A stretch of 64,000 nt of DNA, from contig CP068257.2 of NCBI GenBank assembly GCA_009914755.4, forward strand, positions 40,128,001 through 40,192,000, read 5' to 3'. Position numbers and translations under genes: made by a program. Source of the DNA: the human T2T-CHM13v2.0 reference genome, Homo sapiens. Positions 1-15,415 of the stretch are shown here, in pieces (the stretch's first letter is position 1; each line of letters starts with the position of its first letter). Under the pieces are notes generated by a model that was given only the letters and a program-made list of their open reading frames with translations, was not told where the DNA came from and did not search any database.

Positions 1-1787
1 TGCCTGAATTTTCTGAGAAATTAAGAAGAAAAATGGGAGGCTTGTTAAATTATCACTATTTCAAGACAGGCAAGGAAATAATGTAGGTTCCTAAATGAAA
101 AAAAATAAGTTAAGCTAAATGATAGTCTTAGTAAGAAACAGTTCCTAGGCATTGCTACCTAGCATAAAAATCTTTAAGGGTGAGTCACCATTCTGCAGGG
201 CCAGGGAGACCCACTGACAGGGTCACTAGGCACGGCGCAGCCAAGAAGGCCACCAGTGTTGTCAGGGAGATCATCACACACCAAGATTGACCTCGTGTGT
301 GTGTTGAGGATGATGGGAATGGCTCCCACAGCCACAGAAAGGAGATACAAATACAGACCAGCAAGAGTGACCCCTGGGATGCTGGGCTGTAACCGAAGGC
401 ATGGATGTGAAATCATAGTTTCTAGTAAGACACAGAAACGTGTATGTGATATTCACATAGGTTGCATGCAGCTTCCTACGTCTGTCTGCTGAGGGCCTAG
501 AAGCAATGACAGCCCAGTAACAATGAGCACCTCCAGCACCCACATCTTGGCGTCTAAGAACCATTCTCCACTCAGAGAAACGGTTTCCTTGGAGAAATGG
601 CTTCTTCCAAGGCTGGGGAAATAAGTACAAGGTGGGCCTGGAACTGTGTCAGAAAGCAAGGCATCACTCAGAGAAAGATGGGAGGTGAGGGGGCACAGGA
701 GCCTGCGTAGAGGTGCCCAAACCGGCCAAATCAGGGCTAACCTGACCATCAAAATAATCAGAATATCCCATCAATTAAACAGGGATCGAAGACTGCATAT
801 TGATGTAAATAAACAAAAGTGGGAGGGGAAAAAGCCCTCCTTGGTACACAGTATCATGTCGGTGGTATTTCTGCCAAAAATGCGTAACCTAAACCATATC
901 TTGAGGAAAATTAGATAAACCTAAACTGAGGACATTCCACCAAATAACTGGCCATACTTCCCAAAAGGTCTGAATGAACCCATGAAGGAGCTCCATGTCA
1001 TAAGTTAATTCAAAGTCAGAAAAGAGAAGACTGAGGAACTGACGATTGATAAAAACGGAAGCCACATGGCTATTGAACACCATGGGGTCCCAGGCCAGAG
1101 AGTGAAAAAAAAAAGAGGTGCTGCTTGCGTGTTTTTCAACTTTCTTCTTCTATAAAGGACAGTTTTGAGACAATCAGCAAAATTTGAAGAGAATTTGCAG
1201 ATTTGATGGTAATATCCTACCAATGTTAATTTCCTGAATGTGATGGGTAAATTGTGGGTGATGCAGGAGAAACTCTTGTTTTTAGGAAATGTACAGGCAA
1301 GTATTTAGGAGTAACAGGGCACACTGTCTGCAACCTACTCTCGAACAGGTAGGTAGGTGGATGAGAAAGGCAAATACAATCAAATATAAGCAAACAGGGA
1401 ATCTAGCTGAAGGGTTACCAGAGTTCTATGTACTACTCCTGTCACTTTTCTGTAATCTGAAATTATTTCAAAATACAGAACGTAAGAACTATAACATTTC
1501 AATAAAAACTTCAGTGTTGGGAGCTTCCATCAAGACACACTTCTCTCCCCCACCTGATCACCCGTGTGCGGAGGGACCCAGGCAGAGGACGACGCCCGGC
1601 TCCACCCTCTGCTTTCTCGGGGTCCCGCGGCCTGGGTTAATTGAGGACACAGGGGCCCTTCCAGAAGGCCATCTGCAAGCTTCCGTCACTGCCTCAAGCC
1701 TTTGGTTTTCAGAAACCAGATTACTCGAGCTCGTTGATAAGAAAAAGCAGTCTCAACCAGCTTCAAAAAAGTAGGCAAGTACTTTGC

Positions 1788-1793
1788 TTTATT
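1788..1793 (-). terminator. RIPK4: Polyadenylation signal AATAAA (plus-strand tttatt), predicted RIPK4 3' end; cleavage expected near 1765-1775
   Basis: Canonical hexamer on the sense strand, about 1.44 kb downstream of the stop. No other canonical hexamer lies in between. Confidence 0.55.
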
Positions 1794-2320
1794 GACATCA
1801 AATGGAACTTCTTGTCCCTCACGCAGTCCACACAACAGTAAAGGCACAATGAGGCATATTAAAACATAGCCAGTTTCAACAGCTTGGATATTTCCTGCCA
1901 TGGAAAAGTATCCTGCCCACAGATTCACATTAACATACATGGTACATTAATATCAATCTCTATCATATACCAGGCCACGGTACATGTTTGCACGCAGGGT
2001 CACGTTCTGCAACAAACTTATTCTAATAACAGTATTCAGAAGGCACCCTATGGGACACAGGTGACAGTGAAGTTACGAGGCTAGATGGCCACATCTTTTA
2101 CATCCAAGAACCGCCCTGGGGCCACACCCCAAACTGCTGAGGTGCGGAGGCACGTCTGCAAAGCAGGTCAGAAACACTCCCCCCATACCCCAAAACACTA
2201 TCCCTATCCCAAATCACCTAACAAAAATGAGAGCTGGGAAGGGTGCAGGTGAGCAGTGCATCTACCTAGGTAATACTGTCTATGTCTAGGTAATACTATG
2301 TAATTTTATCTTCATACTGC

Positions 2321-2403
2321 GTGTGGAGATAAAAAACACAGCTTCTCCTGCACCTCTTCCCCAAGACTGGTGCACTCCAGCGACCTGAGGGGGCTCGCCT
2401 CAG
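2321..2403. repeat. Copy 1 of an ~83-bp imperfect direct repeat inside the RIPK4 3'UTR (partner at 2811..2893, about 85% identity)
   Basis: gtgtggagataaaaaacacagcttctcctgcacctcttccccaagactggtgcactccagcgacctgagggggctcgcctcag versus atgtatgaagataaaaaacacagtttcccctgcacctccctcaagactggtgagctccagcaacccaaggtggctcgcctcag. Confidence 0.85.
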
Positions 2404-2810
2404 TCCCCAGCACTGAGGTTACAAAGGGAGAATTTTTTAATGACTCTTAGGCCTGTGGCTCTAGAGTTGCCAAAACATCTTAGGCAACGAGAAACGAACG
2501 GCAGCTAGTACCATGTGGGCACGTGTGTGTGGTTGTCCACAAGGACTCACCCAAGTAATAGACTGGAATGGTTAAGAGCTGGCCACACATACGCCCCGCA
2601 AAGCTGGCTGCTACCATTCGTTCCTTGTTGCATAAAACATTGTTTTCAAAGCCAACCCCACTACTTAGCCATCATTTAGAGACTAGACTATCCAATGTTA
2701 TGAACATTTTTAACAGGTTTCAAGCAACAGCTGATAAGGTATTCATCTCTTAAGATATTTTATAAAACAATTCCATGGAAACTTTAAGACAGGCCTCTCT
2801 GCCCACCGTC

Positions 2811-2893
2811 ATGTATGAAGATAAAAAACACAGTTTCCCCTGCACCTCCCTCAAGACTGGTGAGCTCCAGCAACCCAAGGTGGCTCGCCTCAG
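2811..2893. repeat. Copy 2 of the ~83-bp 3'UTR direct repeat
   Basis: See the copy 1 alignment. The copies are 490 bp apart and their flanks are unrelated. Confidence 0.85.
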
Positions 2894-3228
2894 GAGAGAG
2901 TGGATGCTTCCACGCCTGGGGCTTCATCACTGAGAGACCAGCCTCAGCGACCCATTAGGAGCACAACGAAATGATTCTGACCCACGGTCCCTTCAGACAG
3001 CAGGTGCCTAGATCGATGATGGAGCGGGCATGTGCACCTGAGCCAGCTTCACCTGGAGGGGACACTCCGGTCAGCAGCAGCCGCCTCCTGATGGCACCAT
3101 GTCACCTCTGCTTGGTTAACATTTAGGTAAGCCACAACGGGGCCCCACGCAGGATCGTTCCATCCCCACGAGGAACACAGGACAGGACAAGAGCCCCACG
3201 TGGACCCCCGGTCTCCGCAGGCAGCCAG

Positions 3229-4509
<1,281 letters not shown>

Positions 4510-6207
4510 TCACCCGACTGTGTTTGAGCGTTGTCTGTGCCTCGTGATTAAGGTCAGTCCTAGCGGGAGCCCCGGGGCAGGCTGGCGAATGTCTCCCAGG
4601 TGCTCGTTAGTCGGTTTGCAAAATAAAACCCGCTCTCCCTGTCCTGCGGGGTGGTGAGCCCCCTTGGTGCTTAGAGATGGCAGTGACTGCAAACATCCCT
4701 TCATTAAAGAAAGAAGGAAAAAGGGCACAGACTAAAAAGACCAGGCCAGAGCTCCCATTCGCCTGGAAGCCTTGGCACCTGCCACCCACGGACGCCCCAG
4801 GCCTAGCAGCCTGCAGAGATGGTGACTAGAGCTGGAAGGGGCTGCTCCAGCTCTTGCCCCACCTCGAAGTGGCACCTCCTGACCTGGGGAGGTTAAGTCG
4901 GAAGTTTTCTATGATAATCCTGAAGGGACCGAGCTTCTCGTTTCAGGAGGACGTTAGTCCAGCACTCAGGATGAAAAGTTGTATTTACCACAAAAATCCT
5001 ACCGTAGTGCCTGGAATGCTGAAACCCTGCAACGAGACTCTCCTCCGCCCTCATGTGAAACGCGTGGGGACTTGGAAGTCGGCGGTGGGAAGGTGTTAAG
5101 AAAACGGAACCCTCCCAGTCAGGCTTGGTGTCTGAACACTGGCACTCCAAGTGGAGCCAGTGAAGTAATTCTCTCTCGAGCATGAAGACAAGATGTCATT
5201 TCAGAGTATTAGACCCAAAGAGAATGTTCTAGAACGTACTTATCCATGGGAGATGGTGGTATTTCTTTCTGCTCAGTCTTAGACTTTGCCCTGACTCTCC
5301 TCCTCAAGCCCATCACCCACTGCTTATCTGCCGTCGAACCAGGTCTTCCCCACTGTGTCTATGTAGCATTGCCTTAAAACAAGACAGCCTCCTTTGCCCC
5401 CAATATTCTAATCTAAAAATCCCGGGAAGTCTGTAAGATCCAGGAAAAGTCTTTGCCTCCAAGAGGATGTTTCCAATCCACCAGGAAAAGCCAACTTCCC
5501 CTTCCCCCGAGATTGCAGCCTTGGCCCTCAGCCCCCGTGGCTGTAGCCCTGAGTGTAAATCCCTGTATTTTCCATCAGAGCTGCAGCCCCTTCAGGAACA
5601 GGGCAGGACCACATCTTACCCCTGCAGCCGGCAGAAAGGAGGCCAGAACAAGCACCAGGTCCAGCACCCTGGGGCAGGGATAGGAAAAAAAGCACCTTCC
5701 AGAAACAAAAGCCATCAAAATTAACATAAAAAGATGAGATTAGCTAAAAGAGAAGTGCTCCTCCCTATCAGGTGGTTTGCAAAGGTGGCCTGGTGGTAAA
5801 ACCTCCAAGGATAACCAACACATTACTAGGCCTGGACTACCGTGAACGGGGAGCCCACATATGCGAAGGCGTGGGTGTGTACCCAGCAGCGTCTGAGCAG
5901 AGGGTGCGGGACTGCCACGCCCGAGACAGGAGGCCCGCCAGGGAGTGGGGCTCGGCTACTCGCCAGGCTCACTGCACTGGAGGGGGTTTCCAATCTGTAG
6001 ACCTGAGGTCAGCCTCCACCCATGGCACTGGCACAGGCAAGACTGCTGCACAGACTGGTGATGTGGCCTGTTCCCCACACATGCTAAGTGACATAAGACG
6101 GAGCCAAATGCCCAACACACAAAATTAATTACTTAAGACAGAGAGAACACAAAGAAGAATTCTTGCTGGGTCAAGAAACTGTCCCCTTGATTCCGTTTAG
6201 CTTCTCA

Positions 6208-6675
<468 letters not shown>

Positions 6676-6683
6676 CTATTGGT

Positions 6684-6868
6684 CACCGAGCTCAGACCCC
6701 GCATCGGCACAGCACTAGGGAGCTCAGACGCCATGTCCACACAGCGCCGCGGAGCTCAGACCCCGCGCCCGCACAGTGCCGGGCAGCTCAGACCCTGCAC
6801 CCGCACAGCACTTGGGATGCTCAGACTCTGCACCCGCACAGCGCCAGGGAGCTCAAAGACTTGGAGCT
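6684..6868. repeat. Tandem repeat, about 5.5 copies of a ~32-bp unit (gcacagcgccgggagctcagaccctgcaccc), in RIPK4 intron 6
   Basis: gcacagcactagggagctcagacgccatgtcca / cacagcgccgcggagctcagaccccgcgccc / gcacagtgccgggcagctcagaccctgcaccc / gcacagcacttgggatgctcagactctgcaccc / gcacagcgccagggagctcaaagac. Confidence 0.85.
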
Positions 6869-8011
6869 ACAAAGACTTGCGCTGGCCCCACCCAGCACGG
6901 AGACATCTTAAGGAAAGATAGCCTTCATAAAAGTGCAAAATCCAGCCTCATGCAGCTCTGGATACCATCTGCTCAGTAACACTGCACAGAGCGTCACCCA
7001 GACAAAAGGCAGGCGGTGTCAAGCTGCAGAATGTGAGGCATGTATGGCGGGACACAGCTGCCCAGCACAGGCCAGCGTTGGCAGGAAACGAGAGGACAGA
7101 CAGGAACTGGGCAGGACCCCCACACGTGGCCACAACTGCGACCTCCCCGCGGAGCCACGTGGGGCTGGCCTGGGGGCTGTGTGGGGACGAGGGAAAGGGG
7201 AAGGACCCGGCTACAGGGACGAGGGGTGATCCAATCCGACATACACCGATGGGGCCTTTTAAAGAGTCTCGCTTCATGGACTGCAGGGGCAGCAGGTTTC
7301 TGGTGGGTAAGTGGAATCTGACGGGATTTCACGCTTCTTCCCTTAGGCACACCTGTTTGCCCCAACTCCCCACCCTTTGTGGGACGGCTCGAGGTCCCGC
7401 ACTGTTGCTGGGTGTACCGAGCCACCCCTACATGTTGGTTGCCTTCTTTCCCTTATCAGGGCCCAGGTCTGCCTCTGTACTAGCAACCCCCGGGCACCTT
7501 TGCTCCCGGGCTCACTGGCACACATGCACTTTATGTTGAGGCAGTGGGCGCATATTCCTGATATACATATTTCCTGATCTCCTGAGCTCACACCAACAGC
7601 CTGGGATTAATCGCCCAACACCAGATAACACGTTATAAAGCTCACTTATCAGCTGGGCCTCACAGGTCTGCTCCAGCCTCATCACCCGAAAAGGCATTTA
7701 GCCAGCCCTGCTACTTGGAGCTTCTTATCACATCTGAAATCACCTGGGTGGCACTCATCAGAGTGCAGACCATTTATGGGCAGCTATAAAGGAACTGGAT
7801 CCCCGAGCCAGGGGTGCAAAGACACTCAGACACCAGCTCTCCCTCCCCGGCCGGGGCTGGGCCTTCTGATCCCCGTGGTCCACACACATCCAATGAGTGG
7901 CTATTTAGTGTCAGGGAAGCCCTTCCGCCACTCACGCAGAATCAGACAGGAGGTGGGGCGGGGATGCAGTCGGGCAGGTGGACCTGAGCCCCCATGGGAC
8001 CTACACTTCTA

Positions 8012-8350
<339 letters not shown>

Positions 8351-8653
8351 TCACACGCCTCGGCCCAGCCTGAGCTCACCAGGCAAGCCCAGGGGCCCTA
8401 CATGGACAATTTGCTGGCCAAACCCAGGCCCCCCCATCGGTAATCATTTGAAGGCCTCACCAGACTCAAGGCGGAAGCCTTCCCCGGGGGAGCGCCACCT
8501 GCCAGTCACAGGGAGCAGAGCTGCCAGCACCTGGCGGATGAGCTCCCCATTCAGCCCGTTTCCTGCCGTAAGCTTTAAATGCAGCAGTTTCCATCTCATC
8601 AGGGTGACTTTCCTATGCCAGAGACACATCTGTCCCAGGAAGTCAACTCCTCA

Positions 8654-9304
<651 letters not shown>

Positions 9305-11114
9305 TCAAAGGCAGAGCTTCCTGTAACCCTCACCCTCATGGTGCGCCATGCTCTCTAGTTTCCTGGTTTTGAAATCGACCTCTTTCCCTGGGTTCTGATC
9401 TACCAGAAGGAGTCAGTGTGTTTGGTCACAGAGCAGATCTTTCTAGGCATCCCATCCAAAGGAAGATGAGGTTCAAAGGAGAACAATATCTTATGAGGCT
9501 CATTCCATCAACAGCCCAAGCCAGCAAAGGGAATGAGGCTCACGCACCATGGAGGAGCCACAGCGTCCTACATCCACAGAGACCCAACTCTCTCTACAAT
9601 GGCGAAGAAGTCTTCCTCAGTTCCAACTCCAATCCCCAGCTCAGGTCCCCAGCTGGCCTCCCCTGCCGGTGCACCAGGGCTGGGATGTGTGGAAGGGCTC
9701 TTTCCCCTCAATTCACCATGTGGGGCCGCACCTGTCCTTTCCAACTGCCTTCACTAGCATGCATGGGCTCTAGCTTATTATTATTATTGCCACAACTTCT
9801 ACCCTGACTGGGAAGGGCCCAGGGTGACATCCAGTGGGCCAAGTTCTTTTTTCTGCTTAGCCTGGAACCCTCAAGGTTCTTGTTCCCAACAGCCCTCTCT
9901 GCCCTCCAGATCCAAACACACCCACGCATGGAATGGCAGCTCTTTGGAGAGGCCATGTGCCTCAGCAGGTGTGGAAAATCAGCCGAGAATCACCCACGGC
10001 TGCCAGGATTCCATACAATGTTTTGCTCCACTTTCCCATTAAATCTTGTGCAATAAATATCGTTAAGTGTTTAGCAGGCTATTTCCATGATTATTCAGAC
10101 TTCAAAACCAACAGCTCCTCTAAATAAAATGGAAGCAAACTGAAGTAAACGCCCGGAATGTTTCCTGCTGCCAAGCACAGACTGGAAAAGCTGGGGAGAG
10201 GCCTTGTTCTCCTGCACCTTGAACCCCCTCCTACCCATTTTTGCCTGAGGTTGCAATTTTTTGAATTTGAAAAATCAGACCTTGGCGATGACCTTGAACA
10301 GTAGGACACGAATAATTCCCATATGATTAGCGTTCCAATAAGGGAACACTAGGCATATTCAGCAATAAAGCACAAGGGCTTGAGCCTTGACCTGTCCCCT
10401 GCGCCTAGCTTCGGGTGTCACATCTATCAGACACTGCCTCATTTCACAAGCCTTCGGGCTGTAGGCCACTGTGCGGGAGAACGTACAGAAGGCAAGAAAG
10501 GCGACAGGCGGTCAGACAACACAGACGGACACCGGCCAGCAGAGGCCTGGCAGGACGCGTTCTGTGCTTTCTACTGACATTCTTTTAAAGCTGCCAAGAT
10601 ACTTGATCTTGCGATGCTGGAAGATCTCTTCTCACCCCAGCACTTTCCCATACATCGGCTCCTAGTCTGAGCCCCGACTAACAAGGGGCTAGGCCTTGAC
10701 TCTCATCTTCATTTTTAGACATTTTCGGTCACACCACAAAATATCATGAGTAGCCCAGAAATGTCTTTAGAGGAAAAGGGAATCTGTCCAACAAAGCTAA
10801 AAAGTCCTGGATTTTTATGATAAGTAAGTCAAGGTGTGACAACTTTGAGGATGGTGTTCGGAATGGTGGCTGCCTGGCTGGGGAAGCAAACACCACAGCT
10901 CTCAAGCTGGGCAGGGGTGCCACTCCTGCAAGCAACTCCATGGCACTGAGCAGCTCTGGAGGTTGGCTGCGCAAGCACGCGGGTACATGTAATGCTCCTG
11001 AACTGTATGCTTCACACGGCTGACATGCTAAGTTTTGTTCTGTGTATTTTATGACTATTTTTTTAAAAAGTAAACAAAAAAGAATTAGCTGGAAATACCA
11101 GCACAGGCAAACCC

Positions 11115-11345
11115 CTGGAGACAGAAAGCAGGTGAGTGGTTGCTGGGGCTTGAGCAGGAGGAAGGGCGAGGGACTGCAGAATGGCCATGGGCTTTGCCTT
11201 CTAGCATGATGAGAATGTTCTGGAATTAGACAGTGGTAACGCTTGTTCAACACTGCCAGTGTAGTTAATGTCACTCAATTATACACTTTAAATGGCTAAC
11301 ATGACCAATTTTATGTTATATATATTTTACTACCACAAAAAAACT
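11115..11345 (+). mobile_element. L1 (old L1M-type) 3'-terminal fragment in RIPK4 intron 4
   Basis: Matches the L1 3' end ...gacagaaagcaggtgagtggttgctggggcttg...aattttatgttatatatattttactaccacaaaaaaa. Confidence 0.7.
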
Positions 11346-11544
11346 AGCTGGCACCTAAAAACATTCCATTGAACAGGCCCCTTCAGATCTGTGTCTTTTC
11401 CTGCATGCAAATTACACCACAGAGCAGCACCTATGGCAGCGTGGATCACAGGCTCTGTTTTAGGATAGAGAAAGGACAACAAGGTGTCCCCCCATTATTC
11501 CAGGAAAGACAAGCACATTACACCTCAAAGACAGGTCCACTCAC

Positions 11545-11594
11545 CTGCAAACGGCTTCTTCTGTGTGAGCACGCCCCAGATGACGATCGCAAAG
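11545..11594 (-). CDS. RIPK4: RIPK4 coding exon 4 (50 nt: C-FAIVIWGVLTQKKPFA-G; acceptor tcttccag, donor GTGAGT)
   Basis: Hand translation of the minus strand gives SFAIVIWGVLTQKKPFA, which continues the kinase domain. Strong consensus splice sites. Confidence 0.85.
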
Positions 11595-12281
11595 CTGGAA
11601 GAGAAACCAGGCACGTTAGCATCTGACAGCCAGAGACTCAAAGCCAAATGCACTCATGCACAGCAACAGGCGTGAAGACACCTGTTCTGAAGCCTTCCAA
11701 AGACAGAGCCATGACACCGAGATATTTCTCCTGTTTTTAAAAAGAGAAAATTCTCTATAGTGAAGCCCAGCATGTTGATAGCTCAGATGTCAGACAGACT
11801 CAAGTAACTTCGCCAACTGGGCTACAATCTTCAGGCAGCTTGAGGGACTTCCAAAGAGGGTGCCACCCTATGCGGGGCGTGAGCTCCTGGGGAACAGCGC
11901 CTGTGTGCCTCACTGATATCTTCTCGCAAGCACCAGGCACAGAGCACCTGCGCAGGCATTTACTGAAGAAATGGATGAATGAATGATGGGCAACTCCCAT
12001 GCCCTCCCCCAACAATGATTTCATTCTCTGAAAACACGGATTCTGGTTCTGATCAGCGTTCCTAACGTAGGCTTGCTGAGATTTCAGCGTTCCTAACAGA
12101 GGCTCACTGAGAGTTCATCATTAGAGGGTTGTTAAAGAAAGTGCGCAGAAAACGTAGGAGACAACACAGCTGAACGCCCCAAAGCCTTTTTCGGGGGCTG
12201 CTTAGAAATATATAGATAATATGAGGGATACGTTCATGTACATTACTCTGGATACACCAAAAAAAGTGCCCAAATTGATTA

Positions 12282-12312
12282 AAAAAAAAAAAAAAAAAAA
12301 GAAAAGAAAAAC
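12282..12312. repeat. Poly(A)/(GAAAA) simple repeat in RIPK4 intron 3
   Basis: aaaaaaaaaaaaaaaaaaaaagaaaagaaaaacag. Confidence 0.9.
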
Positions 12313-13072
12313 AGAAGTCCGAAAACTGAGCCTCCAAGGAGCACTGAGTTGGTGAGGGCTGTTTATAGACAACGAATTCACCATCGAAAATTAGTTCAAA
12401 CGGCAGGTTCAAAAGCTGGAACTCCAAACTCTAAAATAAATGGAGAGGATCTCAATCTCCCCAAACTCTACAAGCTGTGACTAGTCTCCAAAGTGACACT
12501 TCCAGGCAACTCTCAGCTTAAAGCCCCAGCTAAGCACATGCACAATGGCCACTGTCAAACCAGTCAGCCTGGGCTGCTGGCGGCGGCAGTGACCAAAAGG
12601 CAGAGCTCACATGCGGGGTCCGAGTCACAGTGCTGCTGGATAACAGCCACAATGGGAGGCTTAGTGCCTGCTCACACGCTCCCACCCACTTTTCTTCTCC
12701 AAGAAGTCTGTGTGATTAAGACCTTTACAATTTGAAAAAGGAAGGGACTAGGTGACTTGGGGATTGATCTCTGACCAACAAAGGTTAAGTGCCATGAAGA
12801 AGATGAGCTGCTCGCCTCACAAAATCAGAGTGAATTTCGGAAAGTACAAACACACATGCGTACAGACCACTGAAAGCAGCAGGTTCTTCCAACAGACAAG
12901 CCATAAAGCCCACGGGTCATGAAATCACCAAGGCTCTGACAGGGCAGGGCTGTCAGCCTGGCCCAAATGTGGACCTGGGAACACCCTTCCTCCTTGGCTA
13001 GCAACACTCACAGCAAAGAAATCCCTGAACTCTACAAGCACCCACCCCTTCTATGTGGACTTAGCCCCCTTT

Positions 13073-13381
<309 letters not shown>

Positions 13382-13420
13382 TGACTGGCAGCAAGAGGCC
13401 TTTCTGAAAGCTGCAGCTCA

Positions 13421-13696
<276 letters not shown>

Positions 13697-15159
13697 TTAT
13701 CAAAAGCTCCCTTCTGCAATCTCAGAGGGTGGGTGAGAGCTTTCCAGGAGCCCCTAAGAGCCGTGTCTGTGCCTCTCCAGGTAGCCCTGCCCCAGGCAGG
13801 GAGGGAGACAGATTCTGGGGCAGAAGCAAGCCTGGAGGCATTAGGAGCAGCACATTTGACGGGCAGGTGAAAGAATCGTACTGTAAGGAAGGAGTTATCC
13901 GGGACAGAACTGCAGAAGAATTAGAATCCACCTTCTGTAAAGCATCATGTTTGCCATGGTGGTTGAGAGCCGGCTGAGCCGGCATAAAGGGAAAAAAACA
14001 AGCCTTCGAGGGTTCAGGTAAAGAGAGACACATGTGAAGACCAGGTCTGCTCCTAGAGAAGTCGGGGAGCAGGTTATGCAACCTGCCAGCTGGGGAGGCT
14101 GGCGGGCAAGTGGCTGCAAGTCCTTTAAAGGGAAACACAGAAACACACCTTCAGAAGCCCTTTAAACTTTAAAGCAAACAAAACACACGCCTCAGAGCCC
14201 CGTCCATCTGGAGTGTTTTGTGATCAGCAGACACTGGCTGGCTGCTTCAAACACATGTGTTCGAGTGAAGGTCTGATAAACACCTCTGCTGGCAGCGCCC
14301 GGGCCCCAAGGAGCACCGGCCACCCAGCTCCTCCAGGAATGCCCTCAACGTCCGCATTCAGGGGAGGCAGGTCTCAGGTCTCCTTCGGGCAAAGGTGACC
14401 TTGGAGCTCACTGGGGAGACTTCACAGACCCCCGGTCTGACCTCTCTCGGGGGCATCCCCTTTCCTGCCAGTGTCCTACCCTCTCCAGTGTAACTCAGTC
14501 CCCTTTGAAGCTGCTGAAAACCGTATGTGGGATGAAGACACAAGTCATCAGCATTAATGGGACTCTTGATCCAGGGGGAGTGCTGCTCTCAACTTTCCTT
14601 CAAGGCATATGGATTTTTTTAAAAACCCTTTTCATTAACTCTTGAGCTCCTCTCAAACACACCCATGGAGTGACAGGAAATGAGGCTGAGTCAGGCCTTA
14701 ATTCTGGGCTGGCCATGCCCATGTGGTGAGCCAATAGGGCTGCTGTCATCAGCACCAAACAGCTGGGAGAATTTATGACCTGTGACTCGGGCTTCCAGGG
14801 ATCCTGAGCACATCTGCAGGGAGGTAGGGGGGAAGGCCTGCGAGCAGGGACCGGCCCTCCTTCTCTGCAGCCAGGAGCACCAGGACAAGGCCTCGACTCC
14901 AGCGGCTCTCATGTCCTCCCACTTCCATTTCTCCCAGGGCCTTCAGGTCTGCACCGCCCTTGAGAGCCACACTCTGCACTCCAGGGAAAGCGCCAGCTCC
15001 CCAGAGGAACGCCATCACCCGACCCTGCAAACCCCGGCGGCTGCTGGACGCTGGGACACAACAACGGGTCCTAACTCTCCAAATAGCTCCAGAGCACAGG
15101 AAGTTTCAGTTCAACAGTCATCAGTGGCTTGAAAGCCTTCAAATTCAGAAATGGGCTGA

Positions 15160-15415
15160 ACAATGAGAACACATGGACAGAGGGAGGGGAACATCACACG
15201 CCGGGCCCTGTCGGTGCGTAGGGGAAGAGGGAAGGGAGAGCATTAGGACAAACACCTAATGCATGCGGGTCTTAAAACCTAGGTGATAACCTAGATGGTG
15301 GATGGGTGCAGCAAACCACCATGGCACATATAAACCTATGTAACAAACTGGCACATTCTGCACATGTATCCCGGAACTAAAAGTAAAATAAAAAATAATA
15401 ATAAAAATAAAGAAA
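15160..15415 (+). mobile_element. L1 (L1PA-like) 3'-end fragment with A-rich tail in RIPK4 intron 2
   Basis: ...aatgagaacacatggacagagggaggggaacatcacac...gggtgcagcaaaccaccatggcacatataaacctatgtaacaaactggcacattctgcacatgtatccc...aaaataaaaaata. Confidence 0.8.

Larger units (their letters stand above)
1770..3228 (-). other. RIPK4: RIPK4 3'UTR (inferred, about 1.46 kb, from stop to predicted poly(A) site)
   Basis: Lies between the TAG at 3229-3231 and the only canonical AATAAA on the minus strand downstream of it (1793..1788). Length fits a roughly 3.9-kb mRNA. Confidence 0.6.
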
